Origin: a virus
Taxonomy: Duplodnaviria > Caudoviricetes
Strand: one strand, 5' to 3'
IMG/VR virus record: IMGVR_UViG_3300048902_000094
Location: 1 to 37,153 of that record
Length of the DNA stretch: 37,153 bases
Shown here: positions 17,027-26,275 of the stretch, piece after piece
Position numbering within the stretch: position 1 is the first letter of the stretch
Layout of the letters: every line of letters begins with the position of its first letter
Translations under genes and position numbers: made by a program
Notes under the pieces: model-generated
The model's database searches: none
What the model saw: only the letters and a program-made list of their open reading frames with translations
Told to the model about the DNA's origin: nothing

Positions 17027-17334
17027 TGGCTGACTATCAACTCACCAACACCGACAGTGTCATCCGCACCGAGGACGGCGCTTGCATTCCCAACGATCCG
17101 GCCAATCGCGACTGGGCCGAGTACGAGCAATGGCTGGCAGACGGTGGCGAGCCCGATCCCTACGTTGTGCCGGAGCTGGTGCCGCCAACGCCATCCAGCG
17201 AGCAGACCACGCTCTACGAACACGAAAACCGCATCCGTGCGCTGGAGGGTCAGCCGCCGTTGTCGGTCGCTGATTTCATCGCCAAGGGGTCGCAGCCCAA
17301 ACCACAGGTGCAACCCTCCAAGAAGAAGAGATGA
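17026..17334 (+). CDS. Tail fibre assembly/chaperone-like protein
   Basis: TGATG coupling to the fibre gene; VIRTEDGACIPNDPANRDWAEYEQWLADG motif. Confidence 0.75.
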   Translation: MADYQLTNTDSVIRTEDGACIPNDPANRDWAEYEQWLADGGEPDPYVVPELVPPTPSSEQTTLYEHENRIRALEGQPPLSVADFIAKGSQPKPQVQPSKKKR

Positions 17335-17534
17335 TCCAGACCACCGGCAAGATCATTGGCCACGTCACCGAAAGCCTCAAGGACAGGCCGCTGGCGCTGG
17401 CGCTGGTTCTGGTCAACGTGCTGTTTCTGATCATGACGTCCGGGTTGCTGTATTCGGTCAACGAACACGGCCTGCGCCGTGATAAGTTGATTTCCGATCT
17501 GATCCAACTGTGTTCACCCAAACGCGGAGACTGA
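17331..17534 (+). CDS. Small single-TM membrane protein (holin-like?)
   Basis: Hydrophobic LALALVLVNVLFLIMTSGLLY; ATGA overlap. Confidence 0.6.
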   Translation: MIQTTGKIIGHVTESLKDRPLALALVLVNVLFLIMTSGLLYSVNEHGLRRDKLISDLIQLCSPKRGD

Positions 17535-17536
17535 AG

Positions 17537-17935
17537 ATGGCGAATTACCACATCGAAGCCAACGAAGTGATTTCGATCGTCGGTCCGGCCAAGATTAGCG
17601 TTGTGTCCGATGTTCCGCCGGTTACCGCGGTGGTCGAGGCGCCGACCATCACTGACTTAGAGCCTAGTTCGGTGGCGCTTGGTGACCCTGACGTCGACCT
17701 TCACGTTACCGGAACCGGGTTCACCGAAATTAGCCGCATCGTTTTTGACGGTCACGACGAACCCACCAAGCTGATTTCTGAGACTGAAGTCAGTACCGGC
17801 GTGAAGCCGTCGTTGTTCACCGAAGCCAAGGATATCGGCGTTGCGGTGCGCAACGGCAGTATGATCAGCTCCACACTGCCGTTCACCTTCACCGCATCCG
17901 GCACCCGCAGCACGAGCCGTCGCAAAAGGGACTGA
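17537..17935 (+). CDS. IPT/TIG (Ig-like) domain protein
   Basis: PTITDLEPSS..LHVTGTGF..IVFDG..TKLIS..VAVRNG..STLPFTFT; RBS GGAG, ATG 17537. Confidence 0.8.
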   Translation: MANYHIEANEVISIVGPAKISVVSDVPPVTAVVEAPTITDLEPSSVALGDPDVDLHVTGTGFTEISRIVFDGHDEPTKLISETEVSTGVKPSLFTEAKDIGVAVRNGSMISSTLPFTFTASGTRSTSRRKRD

Positions 17936-17937
17936 TC

Positions 17938-19119
17938 ATGTCTTTTGTCCGTCATCGCCGGAATCACGATCCGGTCGTTACCTTTCCGCCGACGATCGAG
18001 CCGGGCGAACTCGCGATCAACACCGCAAACCGGCAGATCACGGCGGGAGATTCCGACCCCAGTTCGCTTGGACTGCCGATGGCGGTGCTGGCGGTGCGGA
18101 TCTTCGACGCCCGCGGCAAGTACGCGATCGGCGATTACGTCGTCCAGGGCGGTTATCTGTACCGCTGCAAGGTGGCGCACGGCCCGGCGGCGTTCGTGGC
18201 GGCTAGTTTCGAGCAGATCGCCGGTGTTGACGCCACGGCGACGACACTCGGCAACTATTTGATGTTAACCGGCGGCACCTTGAGTGGCGCGCTGCAATTG
18301 CCGGCCGCGGCGCCGACCGCGGCGACCCAGGCCGCCAACAAGAAATACGTCGACGATCAGGTCACTAACTTGATCCTCGGCCAGGTTTCGGCTTCGACGA
18401 TCAACAACACGCCGTCCGGCAATATTTCGTCAACCACGGTGCAGGGCGCGCTCAGCGAGCTCGACGCCGAAAAGGTGGCCAAGGCTGGCGATAGCATGAC
18501 GGGCCAGTTGGCGCTGCCGGCCACGCCGGCGTCTGGCCCGGCCAATGCGGCGCGGCGCGACTACGTCGACAGTGTGAGAACCGACTTCGGTGCGGCTGAT
18601 GGAGTATTGCAGACCAATATTGACGGTAAGGTCGCCAAAGCCGGTGATACGCTGACTGGACAATTATCGCTGCCGACCGTGCCGGCTCCGGTGGCCGCCA
18701 ATGCGGTCCGCAAGGATTACGTCGATACGCTGCTGGTTCCGGCCACGGTCGCCGAGTTCACCAGCAACGCCAGCGTCGTCAAGATGCTGACGCCGGCGAC
18801 GGTCTGGAATGCGGCCAATCTGGTTAGTTTGAACGGCGCCGCCGTGCAGCCTGACTTCGGCGCCGGCATCGACTTCTACTGGCCGCTCAACACCAGCTGC
18901 ACGCTGTACAACCCGCTGCGGATGAAGGTGGGGCAGAAGGGGATGTTTTACTTTGGCGTCGCCGGTCCTGGCTGCAATGTCGGCGCCTGGGATAGCGCCT
19001 GGAAATTTCCCAATGGCTTAAAGCCAATATTTTCACCCAGCGGCGGCTTCGACGCGATGTCCTACGCCGTCGTCAACACCTCGTTTATCTGCTGTTTCTT
19101 CGCCGCCAGTATGGGTTGA
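17938..19119 (+). CDS. Tail fibre-like protein
   Basis: PGELAINTANR, a short CBM-like YAIGDYVVQGGYLYRC, and three shaft repeats of the form GxTLxGxLxLP..AxxKxYVD. Confidence 0.8.
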   Translation: MSFVRHRRNHDPVVTFPPTIEPGELAINTANRQITAGDSDPSSLGLPMAVLAVRIFDARGKYAIGDYVVQGGYLYRCKVAHGPAAFVAASFEQIAGVDATATTLGNYLMLTGGTLSGALQLPAAAPTAATQAANKKYVDDQVTNLILGQVSASTINNTPSGNISSTTVQGALSELDAEKVAKAGDSMTGQLALPATPASGPANAARRDYVDSVRTDFGAADGVLQTNIDGKVAKAGDTLTGQLSLPTVPAPVAANAVRKDYVDTLLVPATVAEFTSNASVVKMLTPATVWNAANLVSLNGAAVQPDFGAGIDFYWPLNTSCTLYNPLRMKVGQKGMFYFGVAGPGCNVGAWDSAWKFPNGLKPIFSPSGGFDAMSYAVVNTSFICCFFAASMG

Positions 19120-19120
19120 T

Positions 19121-19807
19121 ATGCCGATTCCTGGACTAGTTGCGCCGGCTGTCCTCGTAGCGATCAAGGTGAAGCCTCGCTATATCGACGTCGGTTACAG
19201 CGCCAACGTCAATTTGCGTAATTTGCACGATCAATATTACAGCACCTGGCCGCCGCGCACCCAGGTCGTTTTCACCATCAGCTCGTATGTCTTCTCTAAC
19301 GCTTACTACGCGCCGGCGCTCGATCTGAGCAACTTCCCGGCTGATTTCGAGATCATCCTGATCAACAATGGCCACATCCGCGGCGCCGGCGGCGCCGGCG
19401 GGGGTTATTCCGGCTCAACGGCGGCAGAACCTGGTGGCACGGCGCTGTACCTCCGCAACTACGTCAAGATCCAGAACAACGGCACGATCTACGGCGGCGG
19501 CGGCGGCGGTAACGGAAACGCCGGCAATGGCGGCGGCGGCGGCGCCGGCGTAAATCCCGGTTTGGGCGGCAATCATTATCCGGGCTTTGGTCGGGCACCG
19601 GACGGTAGCGAATATTCCGGCGGCTATATCGGTGATGGTCAGGGCCGCTCTGGTGGTGACGTCGGTCAGGGCAGTGCTAACGGTCAGCGTGCCGGTTATT
19701 GTTGGGATGGCGGTGGATACATTCTGTCGTTCGGGACTTGGGATAGCGTCCGTAACATTTGGACGAACACCGGCAATCCAGGTGCATACCTGGGGCCGGG
19801 AGCGTAG
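19121..19807 (+). CDS. Glycine-rich adhesin, T-even gp38-like
   Basis: LINNGHIRGAGGAGG..GGTALY..IQNNGTIYGGGGGG..GGGGGAG, the polyglycine pattern of gp38-type fibre-tip adhesins. Lies directly after a fibre gene. Confidence 0.7.
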   Translation: MPIPGLVAPAVLVAIKVKPRYIDVGYSANVNLRNLHDQYYSTWPPRTQVVFTISSYVFSNAYYAPALDLSNFPADFEIILINNGHIRGAGGAGGGYSGSTAAEPGGTALYLRNYVKIQNNGTIYGGGGGGNGNAGNGGGGGAGVNPGLGGNHYPGFGRAPDGSEYSGGYIGDGQGRSGGDVGQGSANGQRAGYCWDGGGYILSFGTWDSVRNIWTNTGNPGAYLGPGA

Positions 19808-19816
19808 GAGGACGTC

Positions 19817-20050
19817 ATGAAGAAGCGTAAAGTCGTAAAACGGCAGGCCAAAAAGGCCATCCGCACGAAGTCTAAGAAGAGGAAATCCAAGATGACCACC
19901 AAGAAGCCGATCGACGAAGACCCTCATCCGGCACCGAAGCATCCAGACAAGCAAGATCACAAGCCGGCAGAGGATGATCCGATGGCGAAGCCGCCGGATT
20001 CACCACCCAATCCGAACCTGCCGCCGGAGCAGCCGCAACCGCACAAATGA
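19817..20050 (+). CDS. Small Lys/Arg-rich and Pro-rich protein
   Basis: Strong RBS AGGAGG. An alternative internal start at 19892 has RBS GAGGA. Confidence 0.6.
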   Translation: MKKRKVVKRQAKKAIRTKSKKRKSKMTTKKPIDEDPHPAPKHPDKQDHKPAEDDPMAKPPDSPPNPNLPPEQPQPHK

Positions 20051-20331
20051 CCGAGTGGCCTAAAAATCCACAATTGCAAGTTGGCGGGGCCTTAGAACCG
20101 GCCGGCCCCGTCAATGTTTTCAATGAGAAGGTGGCGACTGCGGAAGCGATCAATCGCGCGATCGCCACCAAGACCACCTACGATGCGACGCACCCGGCGG
20201 TGCCACCGCCGGAGGTAATACCGCCGCCGCCAGGCATTCCGATCAGCGCCGGCGGTCCGATCGACACCCCCATAGACGGGGTCAAGTACATGTTAGATAT
20301 TTCCACCGCGGCAGCGCGCCGCCGACGCTAA
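20047..20331 (+). CDS. Small Pro-rich hypothetical protein
   Basis: ATGA overlap, co-oriented. Confidence 0.65.
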   Translation: MTEWPKNPQLQVGGALEPAGPVNVFNEKVATAEAINRAIATKTTYDATHPAVPPPEVIPPPPGIPISAGGPIDTPIDGVKYMLDISTAAARRRR

Positions 20332-20345
20332 CAGGCCAACGACCG

Positions 20346-20558
20346 ATGATGCGGCTTGCCGCAGTGGTGGTGATCGCCATGCTGATGGTGAGCTGCCGCA
20401 GTGGCCGCTGGGCTTGGGTCGACGAGGAGCCGGTTGTTGCACCAGTGGTCGCGAAATGTCGCGGCGGTACGGTCAACACCGAGCGTCGTGTTACTGATGT
20501 TTCAGTGCTCGGCCGCACCCGCAGCACCACCTATCGCACTGACGCTTGTCTCGACTAG
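20346..20558 (+). CDS. Small putative lipoprotein
   Basis: Signal peptide MMRLAAVVVIAMLMVS-C with a lipobox-like Cys; two further Cys residues. Confidence 0.6.
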   Translation: MMRLAAVVVIAMLMVSCRSGRWAWVDEEPVVAPVVAKCRGGTVNTERRVTDVSVLGRTRSTTYRTDACLD

Positions 20559-20569
20559 GGAGGAATACG

Positions 20570-20740
20570 ATGAGCATAGGTCTGCTATTTTGGGTGTTGA
20601 TGGTGCTCTGGTTCGTAAGTTGGCTCGGCGCAATCTACGGGCCTGGCGCCTATCCTTGGGTACATGCCAACAACGTGCTGTTCTTCATCCTGCTGTTCTT
20701 GTTGGGATGGCATGCTTTTGGCTTCGTTATACACGCTTGA
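20570..20740 (+). CDS. Small two-TM membrane protein
   Basis: RBS GGAGG, ATG 20570; MSIGLLFWVLMVLWFVSW..VLFFILLFLLGWHAFGFVIH. Confidence 0.75.
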   Translation: MSIGLLFWVLMVLWFVSWLGAIYGPGAYPWVHANNVLFFILLFLLGWHAFGFVIHA

Positions 20741-20786
20741 GCCGCCCAAAAATTTTTTCGGATTTTCAACCTAAAGGAACCACATC

Positions 20787-21014
20787 ATGGCAATGCCAAA
20801 AGTCCCGATCGTCAAGATTAATCCGCCGCCGGTTGCCAAGGCGCCGCCACTCACTTCCAAGACCATGGACACTTACACGCATCACACCTCGCCGGTGAAA
20901 GGCCCGCAGCCGATGCCGGCGGAAGTGGACCCCATCAGCTCCAAACCGAAAGCGAAGATCAAGACACTGCCGGACGTGCCGCCAGCCAAATACAAGCATG
21001 TCGAAGAACCCTGA
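20787..21014 (+). CDS. Small Pro/Lys-rich hypothetical protein
   Basis: RBS AAGGA; overlaps the terL start. Confidence 0.65.
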   Translation: MAMPKVPIVKINPPPVAKAPPLTSKTMDTYTHHTSPVKGPQPMPAEVDPISSKPKAKIKTLPDVPPAKYKHVEEP

Positions 21015-22575
21015 CGAGGTCATCCAGCTCAAGCTGCTAAAGCGCAAACGTGCGATCCTGGATGCGCGTGGTGATCTGATTGCGTTCACGCAGCTGATGA
21101 TGCCGGATCCCAATTTCGACGACAGCGTCGAGCATTCGCTGTATCAGCCGCAGAGTTTCCACCGGCTGATTGCCAAGTCGCTGGAGGAGGTCGAGCGCGG
21201 CGATTACCGGAGGTTGATGATCAATGTCGGACCCAGATTTGGAAAGACTACGCTCGCTAGTGCCATGTTTCCTGCATGGTACGTTGGTCGACATCCTGAC
21301 CGCTCTATTATTGTTGCTACTTACAACGAGCATTACAGCTGGGATCTTGGCCGTCGGGTAAGGGATATTATGGAGACACCTGAATACAAGCAGGTGTTCC
21401 CTGAAACAGAAATCAAAGTTGGCGCCAATGCGGTTAACCGAGTTCAGACGACGCGCGATGGGGTCGTCTTCTCTGTTGGACGTGGTTCCTCGATCACCGG
21501 CCGCGGAGGTCACTGCATACTTCTTGATGACCCTATTAAGGACCGAACTGAAGCTGACTCCGTTATCGTTCGTGAGAAACTATGGAGCTGGTATAATCAA
21601 GTGCTCCGTACCCGGCTCATGGACTCAACGGGCACTATCGTCATTGTCCAGACCAGATGGACCGAGGATGACTTAGTCGGTCGCCTGATCGACCCGATGA
21701 ATCCGTACTTCAACGTCGAGGAAGCCAAGGCCTGGCGCAAGATCGACCTGCCGGCGTTAGCGGAAGCGGATGATCCACTCGGCCGTAAGGAGGGAGAACC
21801 ACTATGGCCGGAGCGGTTTACTAAGCAATATCTGGAGGAGATCCGCTCCACCGATCCGCGTGGCTTTGCTGCGCTGTATCAAGGCCGACCCGGACCCAAG
21901 GACGGCGCCTTCTTCAAGTCTGACGACATCATCACCTACAACAAGATGGATGACGTCCCGGCGTTCCATAAACTCAGGTTCTATGGCGCGTCGGACCATG
22001 CCGTATCGGTTGCTAAATCCGCCGATAAGACCTGCCTCCTGATCGCTGCGGTCGACGAGAAAGACCACATCTGGATCATGCCGGACCTGGTCTGGGAGCG
22101 CCTCGATTCGCATGACGCGGTCGAGCGCATGCTCGGTCTGATGAAGAAATACCACCCGCAGTTCTGGTGGGCGGAAGGCGGCAGCATCACCAAGAGCATC
22201 GGTCCGTTCCTGCGCCGGCGGATGCGGGAAAAGCAGATCTTCTGCGCCATCGACCCGATCAGCCCGGCTGCAGACAAGCAGCAGCGCGCCCAGGCGATCC
22301 AGGCCCGATCGTCAATGAAGATGGTACATTTCCCCGGCTTTACCCGCTGGTGGTCTGATGCCTTGGATCAGATCCTGAAGTTTCCGCACGGATCGAAGGA
22401 TGATCTGGTAGATACATTAAGCTTGATCGGATTGGGGCTTGCCAAAATGCACGGCCGTACCCGCACCAGGCATGTTGAACCTGAGATCGTGGCAGGTTCG
22501 TTCCGTGAAATGATCGAGAACACGCGCCGGCGTGAAGGGCGTGAAAAGCGCGGCAGGAGTCTGCAAGGATGGTAG
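20998..22575 (+). CDS. terL: Terminase large subunit
   Basis: Walker A RLMINVGPRFGKT, SITGRGG, Walker B LLDDPIKD, IVQTRWTEDDL, ALYQGRP; nuclease SDHA..D and FPHGSKDDLVD. Confidence 0.96.
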   Translation: MSKNPDEVIQLKLLKRKRAILDARGDLIAFTQLMMPDPNFDDSVEHSLYQPQSFHRLIAKSLEEVERGDYRRLMINVGPRFGKTTLASAMFPAWYVGRHPDRSIIVATYNEHYSWDLGRRVRDIMETPEYKQVFPETEIKVGANAVNRVQTTRDGVVFSVGRGSSITGRGGHCILLDDPIKDRTEADSVIVREKLWSWYNQVLRTRLMDSTGTIVIVQTRWTEDDLVGRLIDPMNPYFNVEEAKAWRKIDLPALAEADDPLGRKEGEPLWPERFTKQYLEEIRSTDPRGFAALYQGRPGPKDGAFFKSDDIITYNKMDDVPAFHKLRFYGASDHAVSVAKSADKTCLLIAAVDEKDHIWIMPDLVWERLDSHDAVERMLGLMKKYHPQFWWAEGGSITKSIGPFLRRRMREKQIFCAIDPISPAADKQQRAQAIQARSSMKMVHFPGFTRWWSDALDQILKFPHGSKDDLVDTLSLIGLGLAKMHGRTRTRHVEPEIVAGSFREMIENTRRREGREKRGRSLQGW

Positions 22576-25202
22576 ACACTTTCCAATCCTCCATGATGGA
22601 TGTGTTCGCTGGCGCTTTTGATGAAAACAACAGTGAGCCGGACATCAACCCAACCACCGGCAAGCCCAATAGCATTCCGCGGGCTAACCCGGATCCGCCC
22701 GAGCGGCGCCGCAAGCTGGTCAAGGACTGGACCCGCAAGGTCAAGCGGGCGAAGCGGTACTGGAAGCCATCATTCGATCGGATGCGCGAGGATCAGGCGT
22801 TTGCCTTTGGCAAGCAGTGGTCGAAGAACGACCAGGACAAGCGTTACGTCGCCAATCTCACACTCCGGCTGGTCGCGCAGAAGACTGCCTTCCTTTATGC
22901 CAAGAACCCCAAGGCGGTGGCCAAGAAGCGGCCGCGGCTCAATGCCACCTCATGGGATGAATCCCAGACCACGTTGAACCAGCTAATGCAGTCTGCGGCC
23001 ATGATGATGCAGCAGGCGCAAGCCTCTGGCGCCATGGCTGGCGGAATGCCGGGCATGCCTGGGGGGATGCCCGGCATGCCACCCGGCCTGGCCGGCCAGG
23101 CCACCGGCGCGATCGGCAACACCATCCAGGGCATGATGCCGATGGCGACCGGGCAACCTCCCGACATCGGCATGCTGATGGCCGGCGGCGGTGCGCCCAC
23201 GCAGTCGGCGATGCCGTCGCCGTCGATGAACTCAATAGCGGGCCAGACCGGCGCCGCCCTCGGCGGCGCCACCATGCCTGGTATGGGCGCCGGCCCAATC
23301 CCCGGGTCGATGCAAGAGCCGCAGCGGCTCGGCGACCAGCTCGGCCAGGCCGCCGCCGGCGCCGCAGCCAACAACCTGGTGCCCCCTGGATCACCGATGG
23401 TGGCGCAGGCGGTCGGCTCCGGCATGGACATCATGATGGACGCCGCCCGCGTCAAAAACGAAAACCTGATGATGGACAAGCTCGCTCGCACCTTGGAGCT
23501 GCTTTACAGCTACGAGGTCGACAACCAGCCGCATCCATTCAAGGGCATGCTGAAGATGACCGTGCGTCGGGCGGTCACCAACGGCGTCTCCTACGTCAAG
23601 CTCGGCTACGAGCGGGTCATGGCGCTACGTCCAGATCTGGAGAAGGGCATCGCCGACATGAACGAGCGGCTGGCGACCTTGCAGCGCCTGGCTGCGGATG
23701 CCACCGACAGCATCACGGACGACACCGATCAGGAAGCCGAGCAGATCCGGTTGCTGGTCGCGGACCTGCAGAAGCAGCAGGGCGCGGTGGTCCGCGAAGG
23801 TCTTACCTTTGATTTCCCGCAGAGCACTAGGATCATTCCCGACATCAAGTGCATCGACATCAAGAATTGGGTGGCGGCCGATTGGGTTTGCGAAGAGTAC
23901 CTGCTGTCGGTCGACGAGATCGAGGAGATCTACAACGTCGATGTCCGCGGTCATTGCACCGAATACGGATCCGACGACGAAGACAGCAACGATCCGGCCG
24001 CGACCATGCACTCCTGGTCGAACACCAAGAACAGCAAGGATGAGGCGCGCGGCGATCCTAACGCCTTGGTGTGGGAGATCTACAATCGCAAGGATGGTCT
24101 GGTCTATGTCATCTGCGATGGCTATCGCGAATTCTTGAAAGAGCCGGCCGGGCCAGAGATCTACAACGAACGGTTCTATCCCTGGTACGGCTTGATCTTC
24201 AACGGCCTTGAAGATGAGAAGGAGCTGTATCCGCCGAGCGATGTCAGGCTGATGCGCGACATGCAACTCGAATACAATCGCTGCCGCGAAGGCCTGAAAG
24301 AGCAGCGCATCGCTGGCCGGCCGTTCATCGCCGCGGTGTCGGGCGCGCTGGATGAAGAAGACCTCAACAAGATCACCAACCGCGAAGCCAACGCGGTGAT
24401 CGAGCTCAACGCGCTGCAGCCGAACCAGGATATCAAACAGCTGCTGCAGCCTTACGCCGGCCCGGGGGTGGATCCTAACCTCTACGAAGTCAGTCCGGTC
24501 TACGAAGACATTCTGCGGACCACCGGCATTCAGGAAGCCAACTTAGGCGGCACCTCGAACACCACCGCGACCCAGGCGCAGATCGCCGAAGGCTCGCGCA
24601 TGACCAGCATGGGTTCTAATATCGACGACTTGAACGACCTGTTAACCCAACTAGCCCGCAACGGCGGGCAGATCCTACTGCGTGAAATGAGCCAGGAGCG
24701 GGTTAAGAAGATCGTCGGGCCTGGCGCAGTGTGGCCCGCCGAGCCGGTCGCCCAGGACATCGCCAACGAGATCCTGCTGGAGATCGAAGCCGGTTCGATG
24801 GGCCGGCCGAACCAGGCGCAAGAGATCTCTAACGCCCAGCGGCTGATGCCGCTGCTCATCCAGCTGCCCGGCATCGACCCGGAATTCCTCGCCAAGGAGA
24901 CGCTGCGCCGATTGGACGATCGCCTCGACCTCACCGAGGCTTTCAAGTCCGCGCTTCCGTCGATCGTGGCCATGAACGGAGCGATGTCGGGCGCCGGCGC
25001 CGGTCCCGCCGGACCGACCGCGCCAGGGGCCGGCGCCGGACCGGGAGCTTCGATGGGTCCACAGGGAGCCGTCAACGCGCCTGGTGGCGGCTCAGCAGGT
25101 CCGCCACCGAGCGCGCCGGATGCCCAGACCACACTGGATGGCGCACCGCCGGGTCGACCGCATCCGATGCCGTCACAGGTCAAGATGCCGGGGCTGCCGT
25201 GA
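22569..25202 (+). CDS. Portal protein with large low-complexity insertion
   Basis: Follows TerL; LYAKNPK, GVSYVKLG, VWEIY, and the portal motif TATQAQIAE; 877 aa. Confidence 0.85.
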   Translation: MVDTFQSSMMDVFAGAFDENNSEPDINPTTGKPNSIPRANPDPPERRRKLVKDWTRKVKRAKRYWKPSFDRMREDQAFAFGKQWSKNDQDKRYVANLTLRLVAQKTAFLYAKNPKAVAKKRPRLNATSWDESQTTLNQLMQSAAMMMQQAQASGAMAGGMPGMPGGMPGMPPGLAGQATGAIGNTIQGMMPMATGQPPDIGMLMAGGGAPTQSAMPSPSMNSIAGQTGAALGGATMPGMGAGPIPGSMQEPQRLGDQLGQAAAGAAANNLVPPGSPMVAQAVGSGMDIMMDAARVKNENLMMDKLARTLELLYSYEVDNQPHPFKGMLKMTVRRAVTNGVSYVKLGYERVMALRPDLEKGIADMNERLATLQRLAADATDSITDDTDQEAEQIRLLVADLQKQQGAVVREGLTFDFPQSTRIIPDIKCIDIKNWVAADWVCEEYLLSVDEIEEIYNVDVRGHCTEYGSDDEDSNDPAATMHSWSNTKNSKDEARGDPNALVWEIYNRKDGLVYVICDGYREFLKEPAGPEIYNERFYPWYGLIFNGLEDEKELYPPSDVRLMRDMQLEYNRCREGLKEQRIAGRPFIAAVSGALDEEDLNKITNREANAVIELNALQPNQDIKQLLQPYAGPGVDPNLYEVSPVYEDILRTTGIQEANLGGTSNTTATQAQIAEGSRMTSMGSNIDDLNDLLTQLARNGGQILLREMSQERVKKIVGPGAVWPAEPVAQDIANEILLEIEAGSMGRPNQAQEISNAQRLMPLLIQLPGIDPEFLAKETLRRLDDRLDLTEAFKSALPSIVAMNGAMSGAGAGPAGPTAPGAGAGPGASMGPQGAVNAPGGGSAGPPPSAPDAQTTLDGAPPGRPHPMPSQVKMPGLP

Positions 25203-25265
25203 CAAAGATCTTGATTTGACGTAAGTATCGATCAGAGGTGCCGATTGGCACCGGGAGAATTCAGT

Positions 25266-26258
25266 ATGGCAGGGAACGACAAGCTACCCACCGCGGTAGA
25301 GTCGATCGACAATGTACCTTCGCCAGGTACCGACGGCGATGCCGGTGGCAGTCTACTTGATGTATCCAACCGCGGAGATCTTCGCGGCGATTACATAGAC
25401 GCCAACGACACTGGGGATTCGCCAACCCGCGTTGCACGCAAGTCCGATCCTGAACCGGAGTTGCCGGAAGAAGCGACACCTGAAGAAATAGCCAAGCTTT
25501 CCAAAACGGCACAGCGCCGCATCAAGAAGCTCAACGCGCAACGCACGAAGCTCGCGGGCGAGTTACAGCGGCTTAAGCGGCTCGAGCCGGACGCTATCAT
25601 GGCGGCCAAGGTAACCGGGTACATGCGCGAGCATGACATCGGTCAGGATGATTTCGTCTTTGGCATGGACATGATGGCGGCGATGCGCCGCGGTGATTTC
25701 GCGAGGTTTCATGCGGGCGTAAGCCCGTACATGAAACTCTGCGAAGAGTACCTCGGCATTTCATTGCCCCCGGATCTGCAGCAGCAGGTCAATCAGGGTC
25801 ACATGACGACACAGGCTGCTGCCATGTACTCGCGAGAGCGCATGGACAAGGCTATGGCTCAGACCAACGCGGTCCGTAGTCAGGCCACGTTGCAACAGCA
25901 GCAGCAGGCGTCGGCAAAGGAAATTCTGGCTAACAAGGTCGCTAACGCCGTCAACAACTGGGAAGCTCACAAAGAGATATCGGACCCGCGGTACGCAGAC
26001 AAAAAAGCCGCCGTTCAGAACACGATGTGGGCTGTGGTGCGTGAGCAAGGCTCGCCGCAGTCGCCCGAGCACGGCATTCAGATCGCCGAAGAGGCGTATC
26101 GCCGCGTCAACGAGCAGTACCGCGGCTGGGTCGCACCCCAGCGGCGTCCGACATCGAGAGTTCCGAGCAGCACAGGTCGAACCGCAGGCGTTGCGCCCGA
26201 GGCAAAGACACTGCTGGAAGCAGTCCGATTTGCTCGCGAAGGAGCGCCGCGCCTCTAA
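25266..26258 (+). CDS. Putative capsid scaffolding protein
   Basis: Lies between portal and capsid. Acidic disordered N-terminus, coiled coil (AQRRIKKL), C-terminal helix PEAKTLLEAVR. RBS GGGAG, ATG 25266. Confidence 0.7.
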   Translation: MAGNDKLPTAVESIDNVPSPGTDGDAGGSLLDVSNRGDLRGDYIDANDTGDSPTRVARKSDPEPELPEEATPEEIAKLSKTAQRRIKKLNAQRTKLAGELQRLKRLEPDAIMAAKVTGYMREHDIGQDDFVFGMDMMAAMRRGDFARFHAGVSPYMKLCEEYLGISLPPDLQQQVNQGHMTTQAAAMYSRERMDKAMAQTNAVRSQATLQQQQQASAKEILANKVANAVNNWEAHKEISDPRYADKKAAVQNTMWAVVREQGSPQSPEHGIQIAEEAYRRVNEQYRGWVAPQRRPTSRVPSSTGRTAGVAPEAKTLLEAVRFAREGAPRL

Positions 26259-26275
26259 TTTAAGGGGCCGCTGCT

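Noticed and set aside
22975-23445. Intein or intron in the portal
   Set aside because: The frame is uninterrupted, there are no splicing motifs or endonuclease domain, and it is a simple low-complexity tract.
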